Below, piece by piece: positions 12,405 to 25,261 of a stretch of 64,000 nucleotides of DNA. The notes beneath the pieces are model-generated. The model was not told where the DNA came from. It made no database searches and saw only the letters and a program-made list of their open reading frames with translations. The DNA is from Octopus vulgaris (Eukaryota). Made by a program: the position numbers and the translations under genes. The stretch is from assembly GCA_951406725.2 (NCBI GenBank), contig OX597834.1, positions 44,578,001-44,642,000 of the forward strand, given 5' to 3'. The stretch's first letter is position 1. The number at the start of each line of letters is the position of its first letter.

Positions 12405-13445
12405 TTCGACGAGGAGGTTTTTGCTTGTAGTGATGCTGGTGGGGGATATCGACTCTTGATTTGTTTTTCTAAAATGCACCATAAAATGTTCAATAATATT
12501 GAGATCGGGGGACTGTAGTGGTCAGATAATATGTTCAACTTCACTAGAATGTCTCTCGTGCCATTCAGTAACAACTCTAGCTGTGTGAATTGGTGCATTA
12601 TCATCCTGAAAGATTGCGTTTCTCTACGGAAACAGTTCCGCAAACATAGGATGAATTTGTTCAGATAAAATGCTTAAATAGTTTTGACTATTAATTCTAC
12701 CATCAAAGGGAAACCATTGGGCCGACGGACTTCCAAGACATAGCCTCCCTAGATCATCACAGATCTTTCTCCATGTTTAACAGTTGGAAGAAGGCGGTCT
12801 GGATCAAATGGTTCTTTTTGGCTGTCTCCACACGTATACTCGGCTGGTGGCTGGAAATAAGGTAAAGGATGACTCGTCCGAGAAAATAACTTTCTTCAGC
12901 TGCTCTATAGTCCTATTGCAGCCCTCCCTTGAAATCCGGCTTTGTGCAGCTCCCGACGAACATATTTTGTGGAAACTAGCTTCTCGAGGTGGCCATTAAG
13001 CTCTGCAGTAATGTTGGGAGCTGTATTTTTGTGATCCTTTCTAACAATTCACATAAGAGTCCAACGGTCCCTCTCTGAAAGTTTTAGTTTTCTTCAGGAG
13101 TTTTGTTTTGACGAGGAAGTTTATTATCTCTTTCTCAAAAGCTTTCACTACATTCGAGACTACTTCTTGATACACCAAACATTTCGGCTGTTTTCATTAC
13201 GCTAGCGCCTGCCATACGAGCACCAACAATTTGACCTCTTTGAAAGTCTGATAGATCTATCATTTTAATTTCGATTACCTTTTTCTGGTGATATCTGAAA
13301 ATAAAGAACAATTTTAGCAAAACGTATTAAGCAACACTAATAATAAATAAAAAATAAAAATAAACAAGCTTTTGACGGTTTTATAGATACTTCAAAATTA
13401 TGATGCTATGATGCTAGGTGTTTCCATTATTTTGTCCAACCGCTG
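12405..13445 (-). mobile_element. Decayed Tc1-like transposon with DD36E spacing (Incomer-like), 3'-truncated
   Basis: 5' TIR on the minus strand is TA|CAGCGGTTGGACAAAATAATGGAAACACC (ends at 13445). Translation gives DLSDFQRGQIVGARMAGASVMKTAEMFGVSR (HTH), VIFSDESSF (~12870-12890) and FQDDNAPIHTARVVTEWHERHSSEVEHII*PLQSPDLNIIE (~12489-12611), with 36 codons between the second D and E. No second TIR seen. Confidence 0.9.
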
Positions 13446-14012
13446 TATATTCTAGACCTTCACTGGATCCAGACATCCTGTCTCTTGTCCAAGACACCTT
13501 CTCCCTCGTCTGTTCAACCTACCGCACCTTCATCATCACCCCCCGCAACCAACTGTCTTCTCTTCTCTAAACCTTTTCCTATGATCGTACATAAGTGTAT
13601 CTTTGTTAGAGTTGTGATGCTTTCATTGCTTCCAATGTTTCCAGCACGAGAAATAACAAAAAACAAAGTTTTAAGCAGAGCTTAGGGGAAAAAAAAATAT
13701 TATGGCTCAGATAATATTCCTCATAAAGACGAGCTAAAAACGAAAGCAAGTCTTACTGTTTCGCCTTAGCGAATAATGTAACGTAAGGATTACATTCATC
13801 AGGAATATTGTATACGCTTAATAAAATTACGTCTTTACGTAAGTTTCTGTAATAGTTAATTACTTATGTACGCATTACGTGTTTGGCAGGGTGTTGTTAA
13901 AAGTCTTCATCAACAAAACTTTGGTTTATTATGCGACACTGTCTCATTGCTTTCCTTGAGATTATTTTTTCAAGTACTTAGAAGAATTCAACCAAAATGG
14001 TCTCAACAAAAC

Positions 14013-14452
14013 TCATTTCTTTATTGCCGATAAGGGGCTAAACATAGAAGGAACAGACAAAGGGATTGAGTCGATCACATCGACCCCAGTGTGTAACTGG
14101 TATTTAATTTATCGACCCGAAAGAATGAAAGGCAAAGTCGACCTCGGCGGAATTTGAACTCAGAACGTAACGGCAGACGAAATACCGCTAAGCATTTCGC
14201 CTGGTGTGCTAACGATTCTTATTTCTTTATTGACCACAAGGGGCTAAACACAGAGGGGACAAATAAGGACAGACAAAGGGATTAAGTCGATTATATCGAC
14301 CCCAATGCGTAACTGGTACTTATTTAATCGACCCCGAAAGGATGAAAGGCAAAGTCGACCTCGGCGGAATTTGAACTCAAAACGTAGCGGCAGACGAAAT
14401 ACCGCTAAGTATTTCGCCCGGTGCGCTAACGCCTCTGCCAGCTCGCCGCCTT
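14013..14452 (-). mobile_element. SINE family B, head-to-tail dimer with target-site duplication
   Basis: Two tandem units containing TCGACCCCGAAAGGATGAAAGGCAAAGTCGACCTCGGCGGAATTTGAACTC (B-box GAGTTCAAATTCC on minus). Flanking direct repeat TGGTCTCAACAAAAC at 13998-14012 and 14461-14475. Confidence 0.92.
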
Positions 14453-14651
14453 AACAAAACTGGTCTCAACAAAACAGGTAAGTAAAATCATTCCAAAGGT
14501 TTGTTATTTAGTGAATATAAGTTGATATGTATACATGTTTGTGTGTATCAATATCGAAATACACACGAACGCGCGCTCGAACTAGCACGCCCGCACGTAC
14601 ACACACGCGTACACAGATATTACTTAATGTTCTGTGTAGATTTATATTTTT

Positions 14652-15006
14652 TTATTCTTTTATTCTTTTACTTGTTTCAGTCATCTGACTGCAGCCATGC
14701 TGGAGCACCACCTTGAGGGGGTTTTAGGGGAAGAAAAGCGACGCCAGGACTAGTATGGAGAAATAGACACAACAATATCGGTTGACAAGCGGTGGCGGGG
14801 AGGGGGACAAACAGCGACACAAAAAGTACTAAAATGAATATATATATATATACCACGGGCTTCTTTCAGTTTCCCTCTACGAGATCTACTCACAACGCTT
14901 TGGTCGGCTCGAGGTTATAGTAGAAGACAGTTGCCCAAGGTGCCACGCAGTGGGACTGAACTCGAAACCATGTGGTTGGGAAGCAAGCTACTTAACACAC
15001 AGCCAC
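14652..15006 (-). mobile_element. SINE family A, near full length, diverged
   Basis: Tail CTTGTTTCAGTCA...GCCATGCTGGAGCACC through head CCCAAGGTGCCACGCAGTGGGACTGAAC...CACACAGCCAC. Confidence 0.87.
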
Positions 15007-15519
15007 ATATAATTTATACATACAGGTGTAAGGAGAGCTGCAAAGCAAGGACATTCATGTAACCACGTGATGTCAGGTCTGTTTTTAGAGCTCGACAACC
15101 TGGAAAGTCCTTGATATTGTGGGTTGATCAATACCTTGTGAATGAATATGGTAGACGGAGAGTCTTGTAACTCATTAGTATATAATTCATTTGTGTATGT
15201 GAGTGTGTGTATGTGTGTGTGTGTGCGTATGTGAGTGTGTGTATGTGTGTGTGCTCCGGGCGCGCGTGTGAATGAATGCCTGAAAGTATGTATACACCTT
15301 TGTACATACATATCATATGAGTGTGTGTGTATGAATGTATGAATGTTTTAATAAATCTATTATTCATAATACGGCTGCCCGTAGACCCAAGAGGAAAACA
15401 ATCGATAAAGAATTACTATAATTAATTAAGTAATGACAATAAGGTCTCTGGAAGAGATAGTCCAAAGGTTTGTTTCGGTAGGAACCTGGGGCCACTGCAA
15501 CGCGGACCCGATCTTCATC

Positions 15520-15790
15520 TTGCTTCTGACAGAGAATTCAATCCTTTAAAGAAACTGACGCGGGTTCTCCAAGTGTATTAGCAGCACAGTGACATTTTTT
15601 AAAGCTTTCTAACGCTTCAATATCTGAGCTTCTTTAGATGAATAGAAGCAAATACTTGGTTGCGTGCATCGACAGCTCAGCCAATTCACACCTATTCAGC
15701 CACACATTTACAAGCACTGGGAATGTTCTTAACTCAGATAAACTTGTCGCTCTGTTAGCGACTAGCTTCAGCTCTCTTACGAAAATCTTA
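15520..15790 (-). mobile_element. Possible highly decayed hAT transposase C-terminal (dimerisation region) fragment
   Basis: Minus-strand translation VNVWLNRCELAELSMHATKYLLLF resembles the FW..EYPELS..A.K.LLPF motif of Buster/SPIN-type transposases. The resemblance is weak. Confidence 0.3.
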
Positions 15791-16122
15791 AATAAAACTC
15801 AAAGCAAAAACAAAATAAGCACACACACACATGCACACATACATATGTTGATAAGGAATATGGGGGGGTTTTGTTCACTTGTGATCTGAACGATAAGTGC
15901 TATAGTTGGTCGACCATTAGGTTCCAAGATCACAGCTAAAGGCAGGATGTAGGGATCCGTGTTAGGGTTCCGTATAGCATTTATATATTATATTAGAGGA
16001 AAGATGAAAACCAAGGGAGAACGAGTATCTCAAGTCATTTAGAATAATTGAAACTGAAGTCTTTACAGCTGTTTCTGGGATAACCCAAATGGTTGCTTTT
16101 GATTTTTCCTGTAATATATCAT

Positions 16123-16360
16123 GGCACTCCGTCGGTTACGACGACGAGGGTTCTAGTTGTGGCGATCAACGTAACAGCCTGCTCGTGAAATTAACGTGCA
16201 AGTGGCTGAGCACTCCGCAGACACTTGTGCCCTTAACGTAGTTCGCGGACAGATTCAGCGTGACACAGTGTATGACAAGACCGACCCTTTCAAATACAGG
16301 TACAACAGAAACAAGAGGAATGAGTGAGAGAAAGTTTTGCTGAAAGACTTTGCTGCATGA
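16123..16360 (-). mobile_element. SINE family D, 3' part
   Basis: CTCCGTCGGTTACGACGACGAGGGTTCTAGTTG...CAGCCTGCTCGTGAAATTAACGTGCAAGTGGCTGAGCACTCC recurs at 20875-20965 (opposite strand), 39078-39408 and 46810-46965. Confidence 0.8.
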
Positions 16361-17003
16361 TAACAACAAAGCACGGCTGAACGAAAAGTCTCAGGTACAC
16401 CATCTGCGCGATCACTTAACAGTGTAGTTGGTGTTTCATATTTGATAAAGTTACCGAAAACATTTCAATTTAGTAAAATTACACCGGGAAGAGAATAATC
16501 GCAATCTAAATGACTAATTCTAGTTAAAATTAATTAAAGAGCAATTGCTTTCATATGCAATCAATTTTGATTACTTTCATATTGACTCACTTGACATTGT
16601 TCTCGATATTTAATTAATGTTAATTAATTAAATTTTTCAGGTTTACCGTCCCTGCATTTATATGAAGTTATCACCATTAATTTTAGTTCATTAAAATTTC
16701 ATGACCTACTCCATGAACTATTTGCTCTCACGTAACAATTATCCTTCTGTAGATATATCTAACCATTTCCCCCATTCGGTGTCTCATATGTTATTACATT
16801 GCACTCGCTTCGTTCACAAATAATCCTACACACTTCTATGATTTTCTGTTCGGTAACTGTCACACTTTAATTCGCTGAAGAGATCAAAGGAGTCCAAAAC
16901 ATGTCCTGTTATATATATGTATGTATGTATGTATGTATTCATTTATATGTATGAGTAGCACAATCTGTAGCGAACGCGGTTTTGTATAGTTTATCACAGC
17001 CCG

Positions 17004-17104
17004 CTTCCTTCCTTCCTTCCTTCCTTCCTTCCTTCCTTCCTTCCTTCCTTCCTTCCTTCCTTCCTTCCTTCCTTCCTTCTTTCCTTCCTTCCTTCCTTCC
17101 TTCC
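17004..17104. repeat. (CCTT)n microsatellite
   Basis: Directly visible polypyrimidine tract. Confidence 0.97.
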
Positions 17105-17226
17105 TCTTTAAGTGTGCCTGTTTATATATGTATATATGTCTGTGTAAATGAGTTCTGATTTTTTGTCACCGTTGAATTTTCACCATCGCACTTCCATCGG
17201 TGGATATATAAATATATTTTACTATC

Positions 17227-17283
<57 letters not shown>

Positions 17284-17326
17284 AACATTCACATAATCAT
17301 AAGAACCAATGTAGGAGTGGCTTATA

Positions 17327-17720
17327 GGCGTAGGAGTAGCTGTGTGGTATGTAGTTGCTTACCAGCCACATGGTTCCCGGTTCATTCCCACTGCGTAGCA
17401 CCTTGGGCAGCTGTTTTCTACTATAGCCCCGGACCGACCAACGCCTTGTGAGTGAATTTAGTAGACGGAAACTGAAAGAAGCCCGTTGTATTTATGTATG
17501 TATGTATGTGTGTGTGTGTGTTTGTGTGTCTGTGTTTGTCCCCACCAACATCGCTTGACAACCGATGCTACGTCCCCGTAACTTAGCGGTTCGGCAAAAG
17601 AGACCGACAGAATAAGTTCTAGACTTACAAAGAATAAGTCATGGGGTCGATTTGCTCGACTAAAGCGGTGCTCCAGCATGGCGACAGTCAAATGACTGAA
17701 ACAAGTAAAAGAGTAAAGAG
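17327..17720 (+). mobile_element. SINE family A, full length
   Basis: Head GGCGTAGGAGTAGCTGTGTGGT, B-box-like GGTTCATTCCC, CORE-like CACCTTGGGCAG, internal (TG)n, tail GAAACAAGTAAAAGAGTAAAGAG. Confidence 0.9.
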
Positions 17721-18276
17721 AGAGTACCCAATTCGTTATACATATACACACAGAGAGCCGCCGTTCAGTTTGTCATCAGCCCTTCCTTCGTCGGTCATCT
17801 TTGTGACGGACAAAAACACACGAGAATTATATATTAGTAGATTCTACCACATAAAATAATTTGTTTTTGTTAAACAAACGTAAGAATCTGCGAAGTGGTT
17901 TCTGGGCCCACATCGAATAGAGACTGCGAAAGACATGGTCTTTTAAAATTTGTTTTTTATTAATTTGGTAACACTTGTCATTCGCATTGCGCAGTATATG
18001 CTCAGCGAATCAGCAGGGCGCAGTTTCCTTCTCGACCTCCTTCATGCCAAACAAAATGTATGACTTGTAGTTAGGCTGTATATTTAAGCAAATCACTATG
18101 GCCCTTCAATGTTTTTTAAGAAAACATAGCAGAAAGTGCCCGAGGTAATTACGCATACACAACATATTGATGCTTTTCGGAATTCTACCAAAAGACCTGA
18201 AAAAGTAAATATGATAGATAAAATGTTATGACCACCTTGTTACAAGCAAAGCATCAAGACTATGTATTGATTATAA

Positions 18277-18540
18277 TAAATAATAAATAAATGCGCCCTT
18301 TTAAAGCCTAGACAGGCTCATGGGCCCGGTTTCCCGGTTTCTATGGCGTATGTGTTCCCCCGTTGGACGGAACGCCAGTCCATCGCAGCGTTACTCATTT
18401 TTGCCAGCTGAGTGGACTGGAGCAAAGTGAAATGAAGTGTTTTGCTCAAGAACACAAGGCGCCGCCCGGTCCAGGAATCGAAACCACAATCTTACGATCA
18501 TGATTGCTGACACCCTAACCACTAAGCTACGCGCCTCCAC
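18277..18540 (-). mobile_element. SINE family C (tRNA head, CORE-like segment, V-domain-like segment), full length with TSD
   Basis: Minus strand: GGAGGCGCGTAGCTTAGTGGTTAGGG (A-box), GTTTCGATTCC (B-box), GTGTTCTTGAGCAAAACACTT, CTGCGATGGACTGGCG, (ATTT)n tail. Flanks TGTA(T/G)TGATTATAA at 18263-18276 and 18542-18555. Confidence 0.9.
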
Positions 18541-19331
18541 GTGTAGTGATTATAACATATGCATAAAATAAGGAGAATCCAATTTCATAAACTCTAGACA
18601 TGATAGACAAGTTTTGAATATGGATTTTTAAATGGCCATCCCAAAATTATCTTGAGACACCAATTTCTTTTGCTATGAAAACAGTTTAATTGTTTAGTGA
18701 TATCAACGTGTTTCAGTCCCAAGAATGCCATTCTATCTTGATACATTGAATATTGAGGACTAATTAGCCCTCAAATGTGATAAAACATTAGTTTACGAGG
18801 AATTTCATAACTAATTATAGCTTGTTAAGTGACGACGGACAGCCATATTGATGGCAGCTATATTTCATTAAGAAAGTAAGTGTCATTGTATTTCTGATTG
18901 AGTTATTAAAATATACTATGTTCCGAGCATAAATTTCATATTATCTGCTCTATGACTAATAGTTATGAGAGAAAATATTACAATAAACAATGTACGATGC
19001 AGGAGATGATAGATTCCAACGATCTTGTCTTCACACAAAGTTGCGTTTCTTCTAAATAGCTATTTGCCTTGCAGACGATGAAAATTAATTAACGATACAT
19101 GCTAACAAATTATTTTGGCAGTTGAGATAATACAAAAGATAATCCAAGAGTTATTATATTGTAACATTAATAATTCTCTGTGGCTATTTTCAAATTTGAT
19201 TTGAATTTTACACGTATTTCCATTGTTGCATTTTATAAAATTGTCAAGGATAAATTTTCTGCTAATTGGTTGTCAAAATTCAGAAATCATATATTTATTC
19301 ATACCCACGCCCACATGCATACACATGCTTA

Positions 19332-19404
<73 letters not shown>

Positions 19405-19421
19405 TTATATATTTATATATA

Positions 19422-19455
<34 letters not shown>

Positions 19456-19459
<4 letters not shown>

Positions 19460-19690
19460 TTTACTCTTTTACTTGTTTCAGTCATTTGACTGTGGCCATG
19501 CTGGAGCACCGCCTTTAGTCGAGCAAATCGACCCCAAGACTTATTCTTTGTAAGCCTAGTACTTATTCTGTTGGTCTCTTTTTGCTGAACCGCTAAGTTA
19601 CGGAGACCTAAACACACCAGCATCGGTTGTCAAGCGATGTTGGGAGGGGGACAAACACAGACACACAAACACACACACATACATACATAC
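19456..19690 (-). mobile_element. SINE family A, 3' half, embedded between (TA)n tracts
   Basis: Close match to the other family A tails. Confidence 0.88.
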
Positions 19691-19716
19691 ATGCATATAT
19701 ATATATATATAATATA

Positions 19717-19773
<57 letters not shown>

Positions 19774-20874
19774 ATATATAATATTAATTTTGGTTTAATA
19801 TATATTATTTTCGTTGCAGAAAGAACCTTTCACTTTAAACTTGCTATTCTCTGTCGATTTTTGATCACATTAGGTTTCATGAGATGTGTTGTTGTCGTTG
19901 TTGTTTTTACACGAAGTTGCAACCTGATTGAGCATGGCTGTGATTAAAGGGTTCCAATCATTACCACCCCGTTTTTTCTTCTTGTTATCTAGAAATACAT
20001 TATCCAGTAAGACCTCATTTTTCAAGAGAGTGAATTCGATGAAGTTTAAGCAGATCACGTGACCACGAAGTTCTTTTTGTTGTCTTGGTATCCTGGTTTA
20101 TATTATTGAGCAACTCTGTAAACATAAACGTACAGTTTCGCCTCTCATACCGCAGAGGGCATTCATCCTTGATCAAAATGAACCTGACTCGGTCAGAGAG
20201 CGTTGTAAAAACAAAATTTTCATTTTCCCAACGAGAAATCTGTGTAAAGTTGTTTATTTGTGTTAATTAATTCACTTCATTAACGCCATTAATATCCTTG
20301 AGAAATTCAATAACATCACACAGGCTCATTCTACTTCCATCTATTGATTTTTGTTCCTCTTGCACTTAGATTTAAGATCAAAGATGGCTGAGTGAAATGG
20401 TTCGTAGGAACAATCCGAAGGGACAGCATTTCGGATCATCCAAACACTGAATGTGACCGACGGATTTAACTTCGATTATTCAGTTCTACAATTTATAATT
20501 ATGAGGATTATACAGCAGTAAGGCTGTAAAATGACTTTTTATAATCAGTTAATTGTGACTTGAGAAACTGTTGGAAAGCGGTTGTTTTAGAGAGTAAACA
20601 GGGCTGATAACTCATTTGTGAATTCTTCTGATTATAAAACACAAGTAAAATACTTGTTTATTTGAGCACAGATAGATCCATACTGGAAGGTAGCTTACAT
20701 ATATTCATATTAGTGTTGAATTACCAAACACTGTGTCTTTCGAATCCATTACATCATATTAAATCGTGGACATTAAAACTGTCATTTCTTTATTATTTAT
20801 TTATTTACTAATTTATTTATTAATTTATTTTATGTTTACAGTTATGAAGTACCCAGTCAAAATTGAAGGAGGTG

Positions 20875-20965
20875 AGGCCCCTTGCACGTTAATTTTACAA
20901 TCAGCTTATTCCGTTGATCGAATCAATTGGAACACTCTCGTCGTCGCAACCGACGGAATTCCGAT
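20875..20965 (+). mobile_element. SINE family D, 3' end fragment
   Basis: CTTGCACGTTAATTTTAC...TTCCGTTGATCG...CTCGTCGTCGCAACCGACGGA is the reverse complement of 16127-16205. Confidence 0.72.
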
Positions 20966-21297
20966 TATAGTGAACCACAGTTAGAACAAAAAAGTTTCAT
21001 TGAGACCTGAATAAAGGACCCAAACGTATGCAATTTGAGAAAGTCGACATTTGCATAGACTAAGTTTCGTGTATGTCACTACAGATTTTGTTACTATTAG
21101 TGCATAATCAATTTCTTGAATCATCGACAGGTCCTTGTTATTGACAAATACCATGGGATCCATTAATATCTGTGAAACCTTGTCGTATCTCCAGAGACTA
21201 GATATAGAATACAATATTGAAGGTAAAGCTTGTTTGCTAATTTGTTCCAGAAATTATCAAGGGTTAAAAGATGACTTGGCAAAGAAAAAATTCAGAA

Positions 21298-21463
21298 GTG
21301 CACAGGAGTGGCTGTGTGGTAAGTAGCTTGCATGACAACCACATGGTTCTGGGTTCAGTCCACTCTGTGGCACCTTGGGCAAATATCTTCTACTATAGCC
21401 TCGGGCCGACCAAAGCCTTGTGAGTGGATTTGGTACAAGGAAACTGAAGGAAGCCTGTCGTAG

Positions 21464-21548
<85 letters not shown>

Positions 21549-21650
21549 TGTGTCTGTGTTTGTCCTCCCAACATCACTTGACAACCGTAACTTAGCGGTT
21601 CGGCAAAAGACATAGATAGAATAAGTACTAAGCTTACAAATAATAAGTCC
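21298..21650 (+). mobile_element. SINE family A, 3'-truncated
   Basis: CAGGAGTGGCTGTGTGGTAAGTAGCTTG...GGTTCAGTCCACT...CACCTTGGGCAAATATCTTC with internal (TA)n(TG)n. Confidence 0.88.
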
Positions 21651-21789
21651 TAACGACATAGAAGATGAGAGAAAAGGAATAAGGTGATGAAGAAAAAGAT
21701 GAAAAAGAAAAGAGAAGCATAAACGTTCACAGTTCAACTTTCCGATCGTGTAGATGTTAGTCCATAAGTCCCTACGTGCAACCCTGTTT

Positions 21790-22870
21790 TGTAAGTCTTT
21801 TCAAAAGTGATAGATAGATATTAGCAAAGAATTTATGAAATCTTTTCTACACTTCCTTAATGTAAATCTAGTTAGGCTCGTAGTAACGAACCAGTAACCA
21901 TCGTCCCGATACAAACCCCCTTGATATTAGGGAAATACATGAGGAGTTGTGGGAAGAGTTATAGTTCGACCAGATCCGTGACCTGAGCAGAGTCATATGA
22001 GCCCATGGTTATATCGAAGAAATAACCATTATTACTGAGTGTAATTTGGCACCAATGCTTATCGTCGAAGGAGATGGGTGTCTTTCTGGCAGTTAAAAAT
22101 TACGTCTATTTCTAAGGAGGTCAGCCTAGTTAGGCTTTTAGCTAGAATGAGAGCTTTGTTAAGGAGGATAGGGAATATAGAGGCGTAGTAAAAGTTGATA
22201 TCAATTTTTAGGATTGAGATGTTTTTGTTTTCCAAGAGGTGAAACCAGGTTATAACCTCACCTATGCAGGACTATAAATTGACGTCTAATTTCTTTCCAA
22301 CTCTAGGTATTATATTGTCTAGAATATTCTTACTGATTCGTCCTAAATCCGATTTCTTAGGGCAACTGAGCCTTATACAGGGTTTGGTTATGAAATTCGC
22401 TTTGTCGTCTTTAAGATTGAAATGCGGAGCTCTTGGGTTGTAGGGCTCTGTGCGACCATCTACTCCAAGTTTGTTCCCAAGCTTATAAGGCTAATGTTAA
22501 TGGTATCCAGGGCGGATGTTGGAGCTATCTTGTAAGGCTTGTACAATTCCTTCCTAATAAAGCCAATGTATTCGTCAATAGTAAGTGAATATATATTTCC
22601 AGATTTATTGGAGTAGACGTGCGTTTTGGTAATCAGTTTGATTGTTTTAGAAAGTAGTTTTTGGAATGAAGATTTACATCTGGAGATTTTAAGTTCTTGA
22701 TTATATTAAGGATGTTGGATTCGAGTTTATCCAGCTGAGGGTTGAGCTGAGGTATTTTGTAGGATCTAAGGCTATATTTATTAATGCTACTATCATCGAG
22801 TTTGTGCCTATTATCGTAGAAGAAGGCCCTCTATCTCTTCCTCCTGATAAGGTCATTTGTTTAGTTAAGT
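21790..22870 (-). mobile_element. Decayed Penelope-like retroelement reverse transcriptase (Naiad-type)
   Basis: Minus-strand translation, in order: DLIRRKR*RAFFY; NKSGNIYSLTIDEY; FNLKDDKANFITKPCIRLSCPKKSDLGRISKNILD; VITWFHLLENK..ILKIDINFYYASIFPILLNKAL; FFDITMGSYDSAQVTDLV (~21968-22020); GLYRDDG (21897-21917). These match the LKDHK..F...P.CRLINP.KS, FD...FYPSI, FDVTMGSYDGAE and GLYRDDG motifs of marine-invertebrate PLE RTs. Confidence 0.88.
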
Positions 22871-23083
22871 AAAAGTAGGAGGAAAGCTTTGTGAGATGGA
22901 ATCGGTTTGTCCTTGTGGGATAATGCAGTTATTTGGATCAGTGACGTGTATATTTATGACTTTTGGGCGTCTGTATATACATACATACATACATACATAT
23001 ACGTGTGTGTGTGTGTCTATACATACATATATGCTTACGCACGTATATCTATATTTATATCTATCTATCTGTGTATATATATA

Positions 23084-23145
<62 letters not shown>

Positions 23146-23877
23146 CACAAGTATAAATGTGCGTATGTGTGTAAGTGTGTATGTGAGTGTGTGTGTGTGT
23201 TATATTCATACTGTTTATCTATTTATGGCTGTATAGATTATATGCCTGGCTTTCTATTTATGCGTGCGTGTGCGTATTTACAGCTATTTTTTTTTTAAAT
23301 ATTTTTATCGTGAAATATATATTGTTGACCTTTGGTTAATACCATCCAACCATTAGTAAAATGACTTGGTCAATATTAATGAAAGCAGCGGTACAAATAT
23401 TTAAAATGATAACTTTGCCATATCATTATCTACATAAATGTTTCTTATCATCTTCCTCTTACGCTTTTCCACCATCCTTTTTATTACCCTCCATCACTAA
23501 TACTCTTCACATCATTCGCTTTCTCTTTAACTTTATCATTATCGTTGCCTTCATCACGGCAACAGCATCAAACACACATTACAAAATCAATAGAGATCAG
23601 AAACATTCATAGAATATCATCGTCAATAAACATTACTATATTTAACATAATACGACAGAATAACCCAGTCATGTCACCAAGATAAAAAAAAGGAGTAACA
23701 TTGAAAACACTGTCGACATTATATTTCCCATTTCTTGACACCAATAAGTCTTTTTCTCGTATTAGCACAAGGCCAAAACAATTTTCATCTGCATCTCTGA
23801 TGAAGGGATATTTTACCCAGCACATAGAGAGAGAGCGAGACTGGGAGAGAGACATACACATCTATATAATTTGTGTG

Positions 23878-23933
<56 letters not shown>

Positions 23934-24595
23934 ACATGCATGCATATATGTATTTGTGCGTGCATATGTGTGTGTGTGCAGACATTAAAATAATGTTATT
24001 CCTTAAAAGTACGTTTAAGAACAATAATCGTTACTTTGACGACGATGTGATTCAATTCTGGCATTCAAATTATTTCGACGGTCAACTAGACCGAGATTTG
24101 AACTTGAAACATTGAATAAAGTTTTGCCCTGTCAATGCTGCTTTACCTCCCTTTTCTTTATCTTTTCAATCGGGAGGAAAGTTTACTCAAAAGAATAGGG
24201 TGTAGCTTGACGTTCTTTTAAAAATTTGTTGTGTATTCCAATGAAAAGAATTTTATTTTATTCGAGATAGAAAATTAAATAAATGTTTACAGATTAAAAA
24301 AACAGATTAAGCAGATATGTCAATAAAAGGGGCGGAAAAAGAAATATTATGGTGTGTGGGTGGGGACAGAAATGGCGAGAAAATAAGCTTTATTGAGTAG
24401 AGGTGGCTGTAAGATTAAATTGAAGACAAAAGTTTAGCCTAGTTTAATGTAATTTAAAAACGGACATCTGTTGCAATACATAAAAGACTGTTAATTCCAA
24501 ATATATAAGAGATTTCTAGAAACACGATTTTAAACATATCTTATACAACCTTAAGAAATGTTTTGCATGCACGTACCTATATATGTAGATATGTA

Positions 24596-24647
<52 letters not shown>

Positions 24648-24661
24648 TCTCTCTTCCTCTC

Positions 24662-24703
<42 letters not shown>

Positions 24704-24721
24704 CATACATACATACATACA

Positions 24722-24754
<33 letters not shown>

Positions 24755-25179
24755 CTATATACATATGTATGTATGTATGTATGTATATGTGCAGATGTGT
24801 ATGTTTTGTCTGATATATGTATTCTCACGCATATAGTTGCATAGCTAGATATGCTCCTATATACTTAAATGATAAACTTCTGCAAAGTTTTACAGATTTT
24901 ACAGTTCCAGTGATGGGTTGGATCTGTAGTCTTCGAATCAGTTTTCTCCTTTCTCGTTTTGAGAGAGAGAGAGAGAGAGAGAGAGATATACACACACACA
25001 TATATGCATATATATATACATATATATATACATAATGTTTCAGATGAATATGATACATAAGTTGAGGCACCAGTATTTAGTACGGTGTTTTCCAAACAAT
25101 TTCAAAATAAGGTGATTAAAATCCAAATAAACCACAAGGGTATCCAGAGGTATATACATACGTACATACATACATATAT

Positions 25180-25261
<82 letters not shown>

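Noticed and set aside
18460-18540. tRNA gene-like A/B boxes (also at 27706, 39767, 46359)
   Set aside because: They continue into SINE bodies and do not fold into a full cloverleaf; they are SINE heads.
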